From the NCBI RefSeq assembly GCF_006345805.1, contig NC_043002.1, forward strand, positions 40,362,001 through 40,426,000: a stretch of 64,000 nt of DNA. The letters run 5' to 3'. A program made the translations under genes and the position numbers. Shown here piece after piece: positions 24,301-37,500 of the stretch. The number at the start of each line of letters is the position of its first letter. The stretch's first letter is position 1. The notes under the pieces are model-generated. The model was not told where the DNA came from. It saw only the letters and a program-made list of their open reading frames with translations, and searched no databases. This DNA comes from Octopus sinensis. Its lineage: Eukaryota.

Positions 24301-25220
24301 CATTATGGACAAGTTAAACACGTTAGAGCAAACTTTACCTTTTATAACTCAACTCACACAGCAATTGACTTAACAATCGTTAAGTTTACAATACTTGGTG
24401 CTATCCAATGAAGAGTTGTTCACACTATATAGTACCCTAAGACTAAAATACTTAAAATGTCATCTTGTAAATAAGCTAGCAATTACTATGTACTTTATAA
24501 ATGAACTATTTTAAAATTTAAATATATGACTGTGAAATCGAGGAAATATCCAGAAGAGTGATTGAAAAGTACCCATTTTCATTGAATGCTATTTATGTGT
24601 AGAGCAAGTGTTGATATAATGAATTTTGAAAATTCAAGGAAACAAACTAGAAAATCTGCTTCATGTAAGACATATAAAACAACCTGCATAAATTCATAGA
24701 GTGATTAATTTTAACATACTGAGTCATGCTAGTATTATTGCTATTAAGATCTTTTTAAAAATCATTCAATACAAGTTTTTATCAAGAACAGAACGAAAAA
24801 AGAAAAAAAAAAAGCAATTGCAAATATCAAAAAATCTCAAAGTAATGTTATTTTAGTGGTGATGATTGCAAATTTTTAAAATGTGTACACACATCCACTC
24901 ATGTATACACACATGCATACACACACACACCTATACACACATAAAAAAAAATGATGCTAATTACTAATGAGTAACAAAATTTACTAAAAAATGTTTTGTT
25001 CAGCCAATTAATGAATGAGAAACAAAAAAAAGAGCAAACCAAAAAGCTAAAATAATTTAAATGAATAAATAATTTTTTCTTTTCATGTTTTACCAATAAT
25101 GATTTGAGTAAAATATATATGTATATATATAAAAAATGGACAAACACAATGGAATGATGTGGACACCGGACATTTCTGCTGTCACAGGAACCAGGGTTAA
25201 AACAGGCTTGAGTTGGAAAG

Positions 25221-25512
25221 CTAAGCCTTTGACATGACTATAGTCTCCGTTGAAGAGGGGCCATTATTAGTTTGTTCCTTTTTGGTTGAGACAGAGTTGG
25301 TTTCATTGGAGTCATGGTTGCTGTTGTTGTTGTTATTATTGGTGCTGTTGTTGTTATTATTGTTGTTGTTGACGACACCACCAGCTTTTCTGTCTTTGTT
25401 GCTTATTGCACTATTTGAATTGACCTTCTCATCAGCATTAGCATATTTACCAGTTTTATCACTTTCAGAGTTGGATAAAAATTGAGACATATTTACTACA
25501 GAAGAGCCAGTC
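25221..25512 (-). CDS. FAM120A: FAM120A most likely terminal coding exon, with poly-Asn tracts, ending ...TETIVMSKA*
   Basis: ttataccag acceptor, phase 2 matches the 26865 donor; within track ORF 25221-25574; TAG stop. Confidence 0.78.
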
Positions 25513-28500
25513 CTGGTATAATAGAAAATACAAGAATTAGAACAGAACAAAAATCGATACAAACACAACCACACACATATATATATACATACATATATAA
25601 AGTTTTAAGAATCTCATTATTTGGTTTGAGCTTCCCAGGTCTACATCACACTTTCTCTTGTGTTTCTTTGATTATCCTAATTTACATTTTGTCACTCCAA
25701 CTGGTTTTCATACAATTCTTTCATATTTGCTTAAACAATTATCTAGCGTCCACTGCATGCAATATATCTATCTTCTAGCTAATTTCCTCATGTTCCTTGA
25801 ATTTTTTCAAATTTATATAACACAGTTGCAAGATCTAAGTTTCAATGAATCTAAAATTACAAGTATCATCATCATCATCGTTTAGTGTCCGCTTTCCATG
25901 CTAGCATGGGTTGGACGGTTCAACTGGGGTCTGGGAAGCCAGAAGGCTGCACCAGGCCCAGTTTGATCTGGCAATGTTTCTACGGCTGGATGCCCTTCCT
26001 AACGCCAACCACTCCATGAGTGTAGTGGGTGCTTTTTACATGCCACACGAGGCTGGCAAACGGCCATGATCAGATGGTGCTTTTTATGTGCCACCGGCAT
26101 GGGGGCCAGGCGAGGCTGGCAACGGCCACAAACGGATGGTGCTTTTTACGTGCCACCGGCACGAGGCCACGTTCGGATGGTTCTCTTACGTGCCACCGGC
26201 ACTGGTAACTCAGCTGCAATTTCCATTGATCGATTTCGATTCTGATTCTCACTTGCCTCAACAGGTCTTCACAAGTAGAGTTTTGTGTCCCAAGAAGGGA
26301 AGGTATGCATAAGTGGGCTGGCTACATCCCATGTAGAAGGCCACTGGTTATGGTCTCACTTGTCCTGTCGGGTCTTCTCACGCACAGCATACTTCCAGAG
26401 GTCTCAGTCTCTAGTCATTTCCTCAGTGAGACCTAAAGTTCGAAGGTCGTGCTTCACCACCTCCTCCCAGGTTTTCCTGGGTCTGCCTCTTCCACAGGTT
26501 CCCTTAACCGCTAGGGTGTGGCACTTTTTCACACAACTATCTTCATCCATTCTCGCCACATGCCCATACCAGAGCAAACGTCTCTCTTGTCTGTAACACA
26601 CATTTGGTACAATTACTAAATTTTGATTCCAGAGTCACACAGTTTGAATTGATTGCCGATGCCATAACTTTAGCCTGTTTTTTTTGTTTTTTCTTTACCA
26701 CTAGAGTGCACTACAAAATGCTGAAAGAAAACCAACAAGGAACTGATTCATGTTAAAAGTATAAATCAACTTAGTCAATGAACGATTTTATCACAATTGA
26801 ATATTATAAAATTTAAAATTGAAGTTACATCACTAAATTTAGGATACCCAAATTGAGTACTTACTCTCCTGAAATTTCAACAGTGCAGCCTCTTCCACGG
26901 ACAATAGCAACTGCACCAGTTCCTCGAGCATTTCTTGGTTTACTTCCTGGCCTTGGACGAGCTCTCAATGGACGCCTGGTAGGAGGTCGGAAACCTCGAC
27001 CCCTTGAAAAACGAGCTTCATTCTGACAAAGTGAAAAATAAAAAGTCAGTAAGCTGGCTTGTGTGAGATAGGATTCAAATACAACAATACATAATCTACT
27101 TTAGTTTGACAAAAGGCTGTCAAGTGACATAAGATGAAATTTTTGCGTATTTGTTCATTGGAATAATTTTTTTTAAATTGTACAGTACAGACAACACCAG
27201 CAAATCAAATAGTGTACAGTTGCAATATGAAAAATTCAAAAATACACTGTAAGATGGATAATTAATTTGATGGGCAAAGTCAACTCCATAAGATGGACAA
27301 TGTCAACTCCATAGTCCAAACACTGTGCTCACAGAGAATCTAGTACTGTTCTGTATTTTAGCAAAATGGACATAAAAGTTGTTCTTTGTCAGATGTTACA
27401 AATCATCTTAACACTTTTGTTATAATATTTCTGTTAAAAGACTGCTTTTGTTTCAGTTAATTATTGGGAGGAAGGGAATTAAATAAAATAACTTTGTTCC
27501 AAAGACCAGCTTAATAATCACATAACTGAAAAATCAGGATTCAGCTTGTTCTAAAACAAGTTTGTGTCATGGAATCAGCTGTAGTTGTAGGTGAATTGGT
27601 ATCAAAATGGTAATAAAAAAAAAAAATAAAAAAAGCCGAGGTGTGACTGTGTGGTAAGAAGCTTGCTTCCCAACCACATGGTTCTGTGTTCAGTTCCACC
27701 TTGAGCAAGTGTTTTCTACTATAACCTCGGGTCGACCAAAGTCTTGTGACTTGGTAGATGGAAACTGAAAGAAGCCCATTGTATATATTATATATATATA
27801 TATTTGTGAAGGTGCATGGCTCAGTGGTTAGAGCGTTGAGCTTACGATCGTGAGGTTGTGATCTCGAATCCCAGACCAGGCTGCATGTTGTGTTATTGAG
27901 CAAGACACATTATTTCACATTGCTCCAGTTAACTCAGCTGTAGAAATGAGTTGCGAGGTCATGGGTGCCAAGCTGTATCGGCTGTTGCCTTTTCTTTGGA
28001 TAACACTGGAGGCGTGCAGAGGGGAGGCCGGTATGCATCGGCGACTGCTGGTCTTCCATAAACAACCTTGCCCAGACTAGGAGGGTAACTTTCTAGGTGC
28101 AATCCCATGGTCAGTGTCGTGACCAAAGGGGGCCCCCATGATATATTTGTGTGTTTGTCCCTCCACCATCGCTTGACAACTGATGTGTGTTTACATCCCC
28201 GTAACTTAGCGGTTCAGTAAAAGAAACTGATAGAATAAGTACCAGGCTAACAAAGAATAAGTCTAGAGTTCCATTTCTTTGACTAAAAGGCATTGCTCCA
28301 GCATGGCCACAGTCAAAATGACTGAAACATGTAAAAGAATAAATGATTGAAGAAAATACAAGGTTCCTTACTGATTGCCTTAATCCTCTCCCCATGCCAT
28401 AAAGTGCTGTTGAAGCTTTTCCTCGGATTGCCCTGTTTGATGCAACATTACGAGATACTCTGGAAAATAAAATTTTCACAAGAAATATATTTCAAAATTT

Positions 28501-31500
28501 ATACTTTGTTAAATGTATTTGTGTAAAAGTGTTTAAATTTGGCCAGTAATGCTCTGATCCCCACTCTTTACTTTTCAGCTTTTACAACAGGTTGTGGTTT
28601 AGTCCTAACTTAGCATTATAATCAAGTCTATCTAGGAATGTATTAGCCAAACACAGGAGATTGAGTTATAAAGATTCTTTTTGGCTCAAAATACAAGTAG
28701 ATTTGTTTTGTGTGAATGTTTCTGTGAGATTGCTGCTATTCTTTTAGATAGTTGGATAATATTTCTTAACCCTTTCGTTACTATATTTCTGACCAAAATA
28801 CACCCCTTATGTGTTTCAATTAATTTCTAACGTAATCATAAATTTAGTCTGGTTTCATTAAACAACTATAACTTTTTTATTTATCGATATATTAATCTGA
28901 TTTTTGGAAGATAATTTAATGAAATATTCTCAACCAATTCTATACTATAATTTTTGTCACAAAGTGACTCTAATTGCAGGTAGATACAGGTAAATTCCAC
29001 AAAATATAAAATTATTAAAATTTTGTTCAAACATCGCTATAGAAAATGGGTTATTAGCTAATATTCAATTGGGTATACAACAAAATTTTACGATAGAATT
29101 TGTTATTCTGGGTAACTTTCTGATACCCATAATAATATTTATGGCAAAATAGTCTTAATTTCATTTAAGGTTGTGGGAAACCACAAAGTATCCTTTCTTT
29201 TGCTTTGTTTACGTTTAGCGTAACGGTTCGTTTTCGCCGTAATGATTTCAAATGGGCTCATTCGAAAAAGTAAAGAGAAATAGCCTAAGGCTTTACTCTT
29301 CTGGGAAAGTCTGTGGCTTGGTCTAGTTTCTTCAGAAAAATCACAGAAAGAAACAGTTTTTAAATTTTCACTCCATTCAGGTGCCAATTCGTTTTCTTTA
29401 TCGCTATCGGAGATCTCAGATTCACTGTTTTCACTTTCGGAAAATGAAACATCAGATTCATTATCAAATACCACATGCTTTTTTTTTTCAGTCATAGAGT
29501 TAGATTTATGAAGGTCTTCAGTAGAAAATCCTTCGAATTCTGACTCGCTGCTTGATATAATGAAATTCGTATCCATTTTTTGTCAGAATTACAAATTTTG
29601 AAAACAATAGGAACAAATTTCGGGAAAAAATCTCCCAAAATTCACGGAATTAAAATTACACTTCGATTATTGTACAAAACTGTAGTTGAACTGTTTACGA
29701 AGTATAATACGTGTTTTCACGAATGTACTGAAGAGATTTGCTCTGATATTCTCATTTAAATATGAATAGGTAAATTCGGGCGGCTTTGGTCTCATAAACC
29801 AAAATTTTTTTCGGGCGGCTTTGGGCGGTTTGGTAACGAAAGGGTTAAACAAAATTAAGGACTTGTCTTGATAAAGATCAATCAACCTCTAAATATTTTG
29901 TCCATTTATAAAAAAATGGACTAGCATCAATAATCTATCTACAAATATTTAAACAAAAAAACATTAACATAATGACTGATATCTAACATTTTAATTAGTT
30001 CAGCAAGTATTAGGGATAACTCTAGGCATGTGTTGATCTTAAGCATAGATTTTATTCATGCTGATGTGTCAAAAATATTTTGTAGATGAAAAACTTGTTT
30101 AACCCTTTGAGCCCATAACACCCGTTTACCAGTGGATGGCTTTTCTTTATACCATAGCACCGCTCTACCTGTGGAGTGTCAGATATATGGCCAAATAAGG
30201 TTCAGGAGGTCAGGCTCAAAGGGTTAATGAATAAAATATCTGATTAAGTTGCTTCATTATTTAAAAAAAACAATCAATATAAGTACACTTTAGATATATT
30301 CAATTAAAAGGTGCATGAAATTATAATACCTTTTGCCTGGTCCTCCAACTGACATAACTTGTGGAGCCATGTTAGATGCACGGCCTCGGGCCGCACCATG
30401 AAGATTTGGTCCCCAACTGCCAACGACAACTCCGGCTATTTCCAACTGCCCACCACGAGCATCTACAGGCGAACGACCTTAAAAAAAAAATTAATTTCCA
30501 TAAATCACTGTTCAAACTTACAATCAGCTAAAAGAAAAATATCTTTAAAAAATTTTTTCAGTTATTCTCATTTTTTTCTTCTCTTCTGATGAAGGAATAG
30601 TGTCCAAAATGTCAACCATTTCCCTTCTTATTACATTCAATGGAAAAAAGGGTTTAAATTTCTCAGAGCTATTTTGCTTCAACAATTCCAGTAATTTTGA
30701 CATTTGTTTTGAAAAGGATATCTTGTTTAAGATTATTTGCATAAATTTAATTATAGTCATATGACCACTTGAGAGTAGTGATATCAAACAAAGGGAGAAC
30801 AAAGCAAGTCAATCAATGTACCAGTAGCTGCTAATTGCAAAATCATGGCTTCAAATAATCAATGATTGATATTGTTATTACACTGACTAGGCAATTAGAA
30901 TCCCAACTTATTGTCTCATTTGTTGGAAGGAAGGAGAGAAACAAACTAACATGTCTACTTCATTGGAAAACTGTCTTATCAAAAATAAGATATTCAACAA
31001 ACAAGGTAAAATTTCAAGGAAAAATGTCCTGCAAGCTGTTTATATGTTTCAGCTAGATTCCAACCATTGCTTATGCTGTGCCATGTAGACACTATACCAC
31101 ATTCTTTAAATGCACCATACATGCTACCCCATAAAAAATATAAAACTTACCAAGGATGCCTCTTCCTCGACCTTTGTTCTGGTTCTGTCCACCAGCAGAA
31201 ATGTTTGGTTGAATTGGAGGGGCACCAGGAGGTCGATGATTGAAGTTAACATTAGAGTAGGGTGGAAAAGGATAATTGGTGTAGAGAGCAGTAGCAGGTA
31301 ATGGGGCTTTGGCAAATTCTACTTTCAGTCCTTCTAAGATTGCTTGTCTCATTCGTTCAACCTTCAGAACTTGATCAACCTAAAAATGTGAGAAAGAAGT
31401 GTGATAAATTCCAACGAAAGAATATAAAATGGATTCATTTGGATTGAGGACTATTTCCTTTGTAACTGAAGTCATATTGAGACAAAAGTTGAACCAAATT

Positions 31501-34500
31501 TATAAATCGGGATACATAGTCAGCACTTAGATATTTTTGAAAACAGATTGAAAATAACATTTATAATCTAGAACTATTATGCAAGATGGAGTAACATATT
31601 TGCCTTTTGGCACAAAGAAAGTAAGTTACTAATAGGTTATACACGGGTACAATATGAATACACCATGTTTTCAAAAATGAGAGAGCTATGCTGAGCTATT
31701 TAACTGACTTATAAAAATATACTAACAGTTGGGCAAGTTACAAACAAGGAAATTAAAGTAGTGTGTAATGAATGTTTTCTTACCTGTCCATCACACATAT
31801 CAATGAGAGGAGTGTTGTTATTTGCTTTCAGAAGTTTGAAATGGAAAAGTTTGCCATCAAAGTATAACCAGGGGCAACACATGGTCCATGGAATTGGAGC
31901 TCCACAAATATCATTGGCAAAAATGGCAGTTTCAATTCCAGCCATAAAAAGAGATGCTAAGTGAACTCCACGGTTACTGATAGATGGTAGCTGTGGGAAA
32001 GAAAACCAAAATATATTTGAGTCACTCCACATTGGAAGATACAAACCTGTAACCACAATATTCCCAGTAGGAGAAATTGAGTTCATTGATGCTTACTTGA
32101 CTTGACATAGATCATGAAACAAAAAGAAAATATACCTGCTGGTTGCTGCATGTGAGAGTGTGCACTGCGAGGAGAAAAAAAGCTTTGAGAATGTGCTTAA
32201 GGAGTTTGTTCTCTTGGGAAGTGTATTACAAAGTGTATAGGTTACACTATCTATATGAACAAAAACTAGTTTCATAAGATATTTTATAGAAGTCCCATCA
32301 TACATTCTAATGACAATTATCACAATTTGTATACATACACAATTAACTAAAAAAACAGTCACCCAACTCATTACAATGTGAAAAACAGATGGGGCTGTGA
32401 AACAAACCAACATTATCAGTTTTACTATAATAGTGTAGGTTAATAATTCAGTTAGCTAAGTCAAACCATGACTTTTCCCCCCTTTAGCTTCATCTGACTC
32501 TTCCTGCACATCCAATGTATTTTACCTGATACCTTTCTGTTTCACATACTGGCTTTAATGCATAGATATATTTCTCATCAATAGTGCTATGCTGCACTGC
32601 TGCCATTACTAATATGTAAATTCTAGCACAATTACTTGTCATATAGGATAATGACAACTAATGTAAAATTATGCTATGCCAGTAAACAAAACAGTTCAAC
32701 TTGGTATTCATAAAGCATTTAGAAAACAAGGCACATATAACCTTTCCTCAAGAAACCAGTTTTTGTCATTATGACATTAAAACTATTTAAGAAAAAAAAT
32801 GTTCAAATTCTCAAATGTCCATACAGTATTCATCTATAGTCTCATCTCTTCTCCTAATATTAAAAATAAATAAAAAGAAAAGCAAATAAAAAACTCCTAC
32901 CAAACTGTTTAAAAAAAATGAAATAGAGATCAAATGAAAGTAAATGAGAAGGAAACAATTTGGAAAAAAAAAAAATAAAAGAAAAAAAAAGAAAAAGAAA
33001 AACATACTTTTAGATCCTGCATGATCTGAATGTCATGGAGAAGAGGAGACACTGCCATTGCTAAGAAAGCATCCAATTCTTGCCTTTGTAGAATTCTACC
33101 ATTTTGTAAAATATACCTAGGAATGGTAAATAAATAAACAAACAAATAAATAATAAAATAGGCTTAAAATGTTTGAATATCACATAAAAGAAGCAGATGA
33201 GTCATTCATGTGATATGAATAGCTAAGCCAGGACAAGAGAATGGGAAGTTCCTGCTGCTGATGCTAGAAAGGCAGTTAATGTTACAGGTGAGGGCAGAAC
33301 TTGAGGTGTGAGCAAAGATAATAGAGATACAATGTATTGAACAATATATATATTAACGTAATGTGAGAAAAATATGCTTCAATGGTCAAATGATGGTAAT
33401 ATAGATATTTTCCTTATACTCTTAATGTCTTAGATATTAATGGAAACTAATTATTCTAAATAGTTCAACCTGAAAATGCTTCTTTAACAGGTACAAGCAT
33501 TGCTGTGAGGCTAAAGCTTACTTTGCTATCATGTAATTTCAGGTTAAGTTTCACTGCATGGTACCTTGGGCGTCTTCTACTATAGCCCTGGCCTGACCAA
33601 GGTAAGCTTGTAGGTGTTTGTTTCCTCTTCACCACCTGACAACTGGTGTTGGTTTGTTTACATCCTTGTAACTTAGCTTCAGAAAAAAAAAACCCAATAG
33701 AATAAGTACAAGACTTAAAATGTACTGGGGTCAATTTGTTCAACTAAACCCTTCAAGGTAGTGCCCCAGCATGTCCACAGTTCAATGACTGGAACAAGTA
33801 AAAGATAAATGGATAGTGTTACCAAAAAAGATGAGGAGAGAACCAAATAGAGACTTCCATTAATATTCTTCATATCAGAATAAACAAGAACCTACTAAAA
33901 TTATACTGTTTTAAATAAAAACGACAAAGTACCTGTGAACACAACACATAAGCAGTAAATGTTGTGGAACATAATTTGTGTTTAGCATCAAAGGAGTATC
34001 ACTTTTAAGACAGGTAAGGAATGCTCTTAATCGTCTGTTTTTGTCATCAGCTTGCTGGCCTAGCCACAAACGCTCAATACTTGGAGTTTTCCAGTCAACC
34101 GGATGTGCAACAACGTATTCACAGTGTGGACTAAACACGCCTTTGCGGACTACCCATTCTTTGACACAGACCTCGAAGGATTTGGAAGACTGGTCACCTG
34201 AAGAACAATGAAAAACAAGTTTATATTGTCATTGGGGAAAGGATATATGATAATGCAAAACTGTGTCTAAGAACTATGGTTATAGACTACCAAGTTTGCT
34301 TTTCTGTATAATGTCGTGAATGGTAGTGATAAACGAGAACAAAATTATAATTACTTCTTTGTTTAAATTAAGAGACAAGAAAAAAATAGTTCAGGCCATA
34401 ACACAAAAGTAACTGCCTAATGTATTATTATTACTAATGGATGGATAAATGAAAAACAATATGCAACTTGTGGCATGAAAGTAAACTTTGAAGAATATCA

Positions 34501-37500
34501 ACATTGAATAGGATCTGCACCCCACCCCCCAAAAAGGACACAAGGTTTTTAAAACCTTATAATACTGTTATAGTAAAAATAAAATTTATATCTGTTTATA
34601 GTCATAATTTTAGAATTTTGCTCATTTCAAAAGATTCATTGCTTAAAAAAAACTGTGCAGCTGAATTTTGCATTTCTTATTTCCAGCCTAATTTATGTTC
34701 CTTTAATTTCTATGAAGAAAAAATCAATGAATTTAAAGTAATAATCAACATATAGTTCTTTTACCCAGAAAATCAAGCAACACATTATTATATAACATGA
34801 CCATATATTATTTGCTAATAAATTGTGAATTATGTTACACTATCTCAATAAAGGGGTGGAATATGTAGTACATTATAAAGACTAAAATATAGCTTACCTT
34901 TATCTTTACTTTGATTTTCATGAATAATCTTTAGTTTATTTAAATTAAAAAGCACAGAATAAAGAGTTTGCCTGACAGGCCGATATAGTTCCACGTAAGA
35001 AATAAGGTCTCGACTGACATCCTCTTCCAAGCATACCTCTAATTTGACTTCACCCTAAAATAAGCAGATATTTTCATAATCAATCCTCAAAAGTAGGAGA
35101 CAGCAATGAAGAAAAAATAAATAAAAAAAAAAAAAAAAAAGGGTTTCAGTAATATTTACCTGAGATAATAACTGATACACCCAGGGACTCATTAAACCTT
35201 TCTGATGTCTTTCACTGGCTATACGCATAATTTCAGGAGATATTTGGGGAAGTTTAAATTCTACATCATTCTGTGAATGCTCATTTTTTACACATTTGTT
35301 CAAATTCTATATGAAAAAGATAAGCATAATGTATGAAAAAGCATGTACAATATCATTATTACACTAAATCTTTTTACTAATTAGATATCTACACTATAAA
35401 AGAAAAATTTTTCAAATGTTACTCTTAACCCATTAACATTCAGATTACTGCCAAATGTAACACTTATTTATTCATTATTTTGAATTAATCACATAGCTTT
35501 GATGTGATTGTTTACTTTTTCTATCTTTTTTTTTTTTGTACTACATTTTTTTTTTCAGTAAAGAGAAACTTTTTCAACCACAGCTATGTTTTTAAAATTT
35601 TAATTTTCTGAAATGCATCAATTTACTTCAGTTTGTTGAAGACATTTTCTTTACACTATTTTGTTTTACTATACTCCTCATCTGTTCTCTTGGGCAAACA
35701 ACTTAAAATTTCATGTAATAGTGTCACATTTCAACTGCTTTTCCTGAACAGGCTTTACATTCTCAAACTTCTTGACAGGCCTTTTTGTCCTGTCTATTAA
35801 GAAAGCCCCAAGGATAATTTCTGAGCAGTTTTAATAGCAAGCTGCTTTGACTTGAGTTTGATATTTAAATTATAACATGTGATTTTAATTGGTGAATACC
35901 AGCATAATTTACAAACCACTTCAAAGTCTTCACTTCATAGAAATGCTAAGCCAGCCTACTTGTGAAAATTATAAATCATGAAAAGATTGAAATTAAAAAA
36001 AAAAACCAACTTTTTCACACATAAACTTAACGTATTAAACATTATTTAAAGATTGAGAATATTGAAATAACATTACTTGCGGAAACTTTTGAGTCCATGT
36101 GTCATCATTTCTCTTAGAATCACCTGAAATAAATACATCAAAATATCAACAGTAGTGAATAAGATACATACCACCAATTTCCCATACAAAGGAGTCACCT
36201 TAAACTGCAATTTTTACAAACAGATTGCAAGACCTGGCTACAAAATGACTTGCATTTTTTTGTGCATCCATCTAAGCATATTACTCATGTCTATGCCTCT
36301 GAACTCAATCTCTCCTCGATGAATCTCCCTCCACTCTCACAACTAATCTTCTTCACATACAACCCTCCATCACTACTGACTATGGCACAATTCACTCAGC
36401 TGTTGTTATGCAAGTAGAACTGCACATATTTCATCCTCCTACCACAACTCCTCCCTGAAACCACTTTTTATCAATCATTCTCAATATCATCCCTTACCCC
36501 CTTATTTTCCAAACACCCTTTCCATTTCCCCTTTCCCTAATACATTACTACATTTTGTCAATGGCAGCCCTCCTTCCCATCACCTCAAGTCATCTACTGA
36601 TCCGATCCTTACGTACTTCTGAACAGCCCAACTCATGCCAGCTTAGAATATGACTGGTGTCTGTGTGTAGGAATTTGCATCAGGTCATTGAAACAATATT
36701 TCATCAACTCATGAAAATGAAATTTAGCTATAGAAACCATTTGGCATAAAATGAGCAGGAATAAAATAGAAACATACCAGACTGATTGGCATCAAAGTCA
36801 TGCATGTTCTGATTGGGTGGGTCAACAACAATTTGTGGGTTAGCATTATCAACATATCCAGAGGTTTCCTGAAAAAAAAATTTTTTTTCATATTAGACAT
36901 GGCTATATTTCTTTAGTAATAATCTAACAAACTGAAAGAACACTTCATTGGTGATGACATAATTAGTGAGAAAAACCCTTTAACCGTTCCGATACCAACC
37001 CGACTGCAGCCAACTGAAAAATTCTTGGTTCAAACAACCAACCTGGCTGTACCGGCCAAGTGTACCCATTGTTATTTAAATGCGAATTTGAACACAAATC
37101 TCATTAGTACATTCATGAAAACATGTAATTTCAATTTGTAAATAGTTGAGTTATATTCAACATTGTTTGACATGATATCTGAACTCAGTGAATTTTTGGA
37201 GATTTTTTTCCCATATTTTCTGTGTCGATTTATTTCAACTTTGAAAATGGATAGGAGTTTCATTTTATCAAGCCGTAATTCCAAATATGAGGGTTCTTTA
37301 ATGGAAGATATGGATTTAGAAGCTGTGACAATGTATACACATGCTACAGCAATTGCTCATAGAAAGGGACTGCTGTTGGATATAAAAAAAAGAGGTGAAA
37401 TAATCCAACAGCAGAAAGGAAATCTGCTAGCGACCACATAAGAGGCAGATAAATTTTCTATCTATTGGTGCACAACCACGTGTAGATGAAAATAGTACCC

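Noticed and set aside
25234-25485. Poly-Leu, membrane-like ORF on the + strand
   Set aside because: Antisense reading of the FAM120A poly-Asn microsatellite.
30545-30802. 85-aa minus-strand ORF between FAM120A exons
   Set aside because: No FAM120 similarity and not needed for the frame; 31151 joins 30477 in phase.
36200-36720. C-rich block in a FAM120A intron
   Set aside because: Looks like a decayed LINE remnant but has no motif sufficient for a call.
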